IMG/VR virus record: IMGVR_UViG_3300042399_001002
Coordinates: 1 to 34,350 of that record
Direction: 5' to 3' (one strand)
Source of the DNA: a virus
Lineage: Duplodnaviria; Caudoviricetes
DNA length: 34,350 nucleotides
The notes under the pieces were generated by a model. That model saw nothing but the letters and a program-made list of their open reading frames with translations, was not told where the DNA came from and did no database searches. Position 1 is the stretch's first letter; each line of letters opens with the position of its first letter. A program made the position numbers and the translations under genes. Of the stretch, positions 33,977 through 34,350 are shown piece by piece.

Positions 33977-34350
33977 ATGGCTAAACTTATTGTAAACCCT
34001 ATTGATCGTACTAAGTTGATCGATACTGGTTCAACCCTTGAAGTTCTAACTCCTGAGTTTGGACGTATTGACAACTCTGGTCTTTTCGACAAAGAAGGGA
34101 TTGCATCACGCCACCACTTGTTCGAAGTTGAGCCAGAAGGTCAAGACGCGATGACTGGTCTTGGTTCGATGACTGAGCGTGAACGTTGGAAACTAACTCA
34201 TGGTACAAACGAACAGTACGCATTGGGTTCAGTTTACTTCGGTCTTACTGACGCTGTTCAGTATGATGACATTGCAAACATCATCACAGACTGGAAAAAC
34301 TTCGATGAAGACAAACTGGTTGACGTAATTGCCAAGAAACAACGTAGCCT
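33977..34350 (+). CDS. major capsid protein, 5' part (runs off the window)
   Basis: AAGGA SD, ATG 33977, open to the end: MAKLIVNPIDRTKLIDTG...FGRIDNSGLF; canonical position. Confidence 0.8.
   Translation, partial: MAKLIVNPIDRTKLIDTGSTLEVLTPEFGRIDNSGLFDKEGIASRHHLFEVEPEGQDAMTGLGSMTERERWKLTHGTNEQYALGSVYFGLTDAVQYDDIANIITDWKNFDEDKLVDVIAKKQRS

Noticed and set aside
508-34223. Antisense or alternate-frame ORFs from the track (e.g. 508..744, 4430..4675, 5798..6016, 8727..9002, 21314..21742, 28356..28562, 31463..31876, 34011..34223)
   Set aside because: They overlap better-supported genes and lack motifs or ribosome-binding sites.
29115-34350. Introns, inteins, frameshifts or stop-codon recoding in the structural genes
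   Set aside because: All ORFs are continuous and of ordinary length in the standard code, and no suppressor tRNA is present.
1-34350. Prophage or mobile-element features (integrase, transposase, att or dif sites)
   Set aside because: None seen; content is consistent with a lytic phage.

Overview
AT-rich segment of a lytic tailed dsDNA phage genome. The gene order resembles Felixounavirus/PAK_P1/Saclayvirus-type myoviruses; an Acinetobacter-like host is a tentative guess from protein families and motifs. Left to right: (i) small minus-strand ORFs (37-1337); (ii) an origin-like iteron/hairpin region (1340-2360); (iii) a plus-strand island of about 14 small early-type genes (4101-7860), bracketed by clusters of Fur-box-like palindromes that include a 14-unit array, mostly at 17-bp spacing (2796-3051), and carrying a near-perfect parS site (5558-5573); (iv) a long minus-strand block (8358-22648) with TOPRIM primase, ClpP-like protease, PhoH, GroES, metallophosphatase, a SLOG-NADAR fusion, DNA ligase and an SF2-like helicase; (v) a second origin-like region that is an inverted homologue of the first (22650-23100); (vi) a cluster of 21 tRNAs (19 amino acids, no Ala) interleaved with a ~680-nt GOLLD-like ncRNA and several smaller structured RNAs; (vii) thioredoxin, endolysin, SleB-like hydrolase, terminase, portal, prohead protease, decoration protein and the start of the major capsid gene. 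The best candidate for an undescribed system is the early island acting as a landing pad or decoy for host DNA-binding proteins (Fur, ParB), next to a Cys-rich, probably Fe-S-binding, gp88-like gene. All protein family assignments are from motif recognition by eye; no searches were run.
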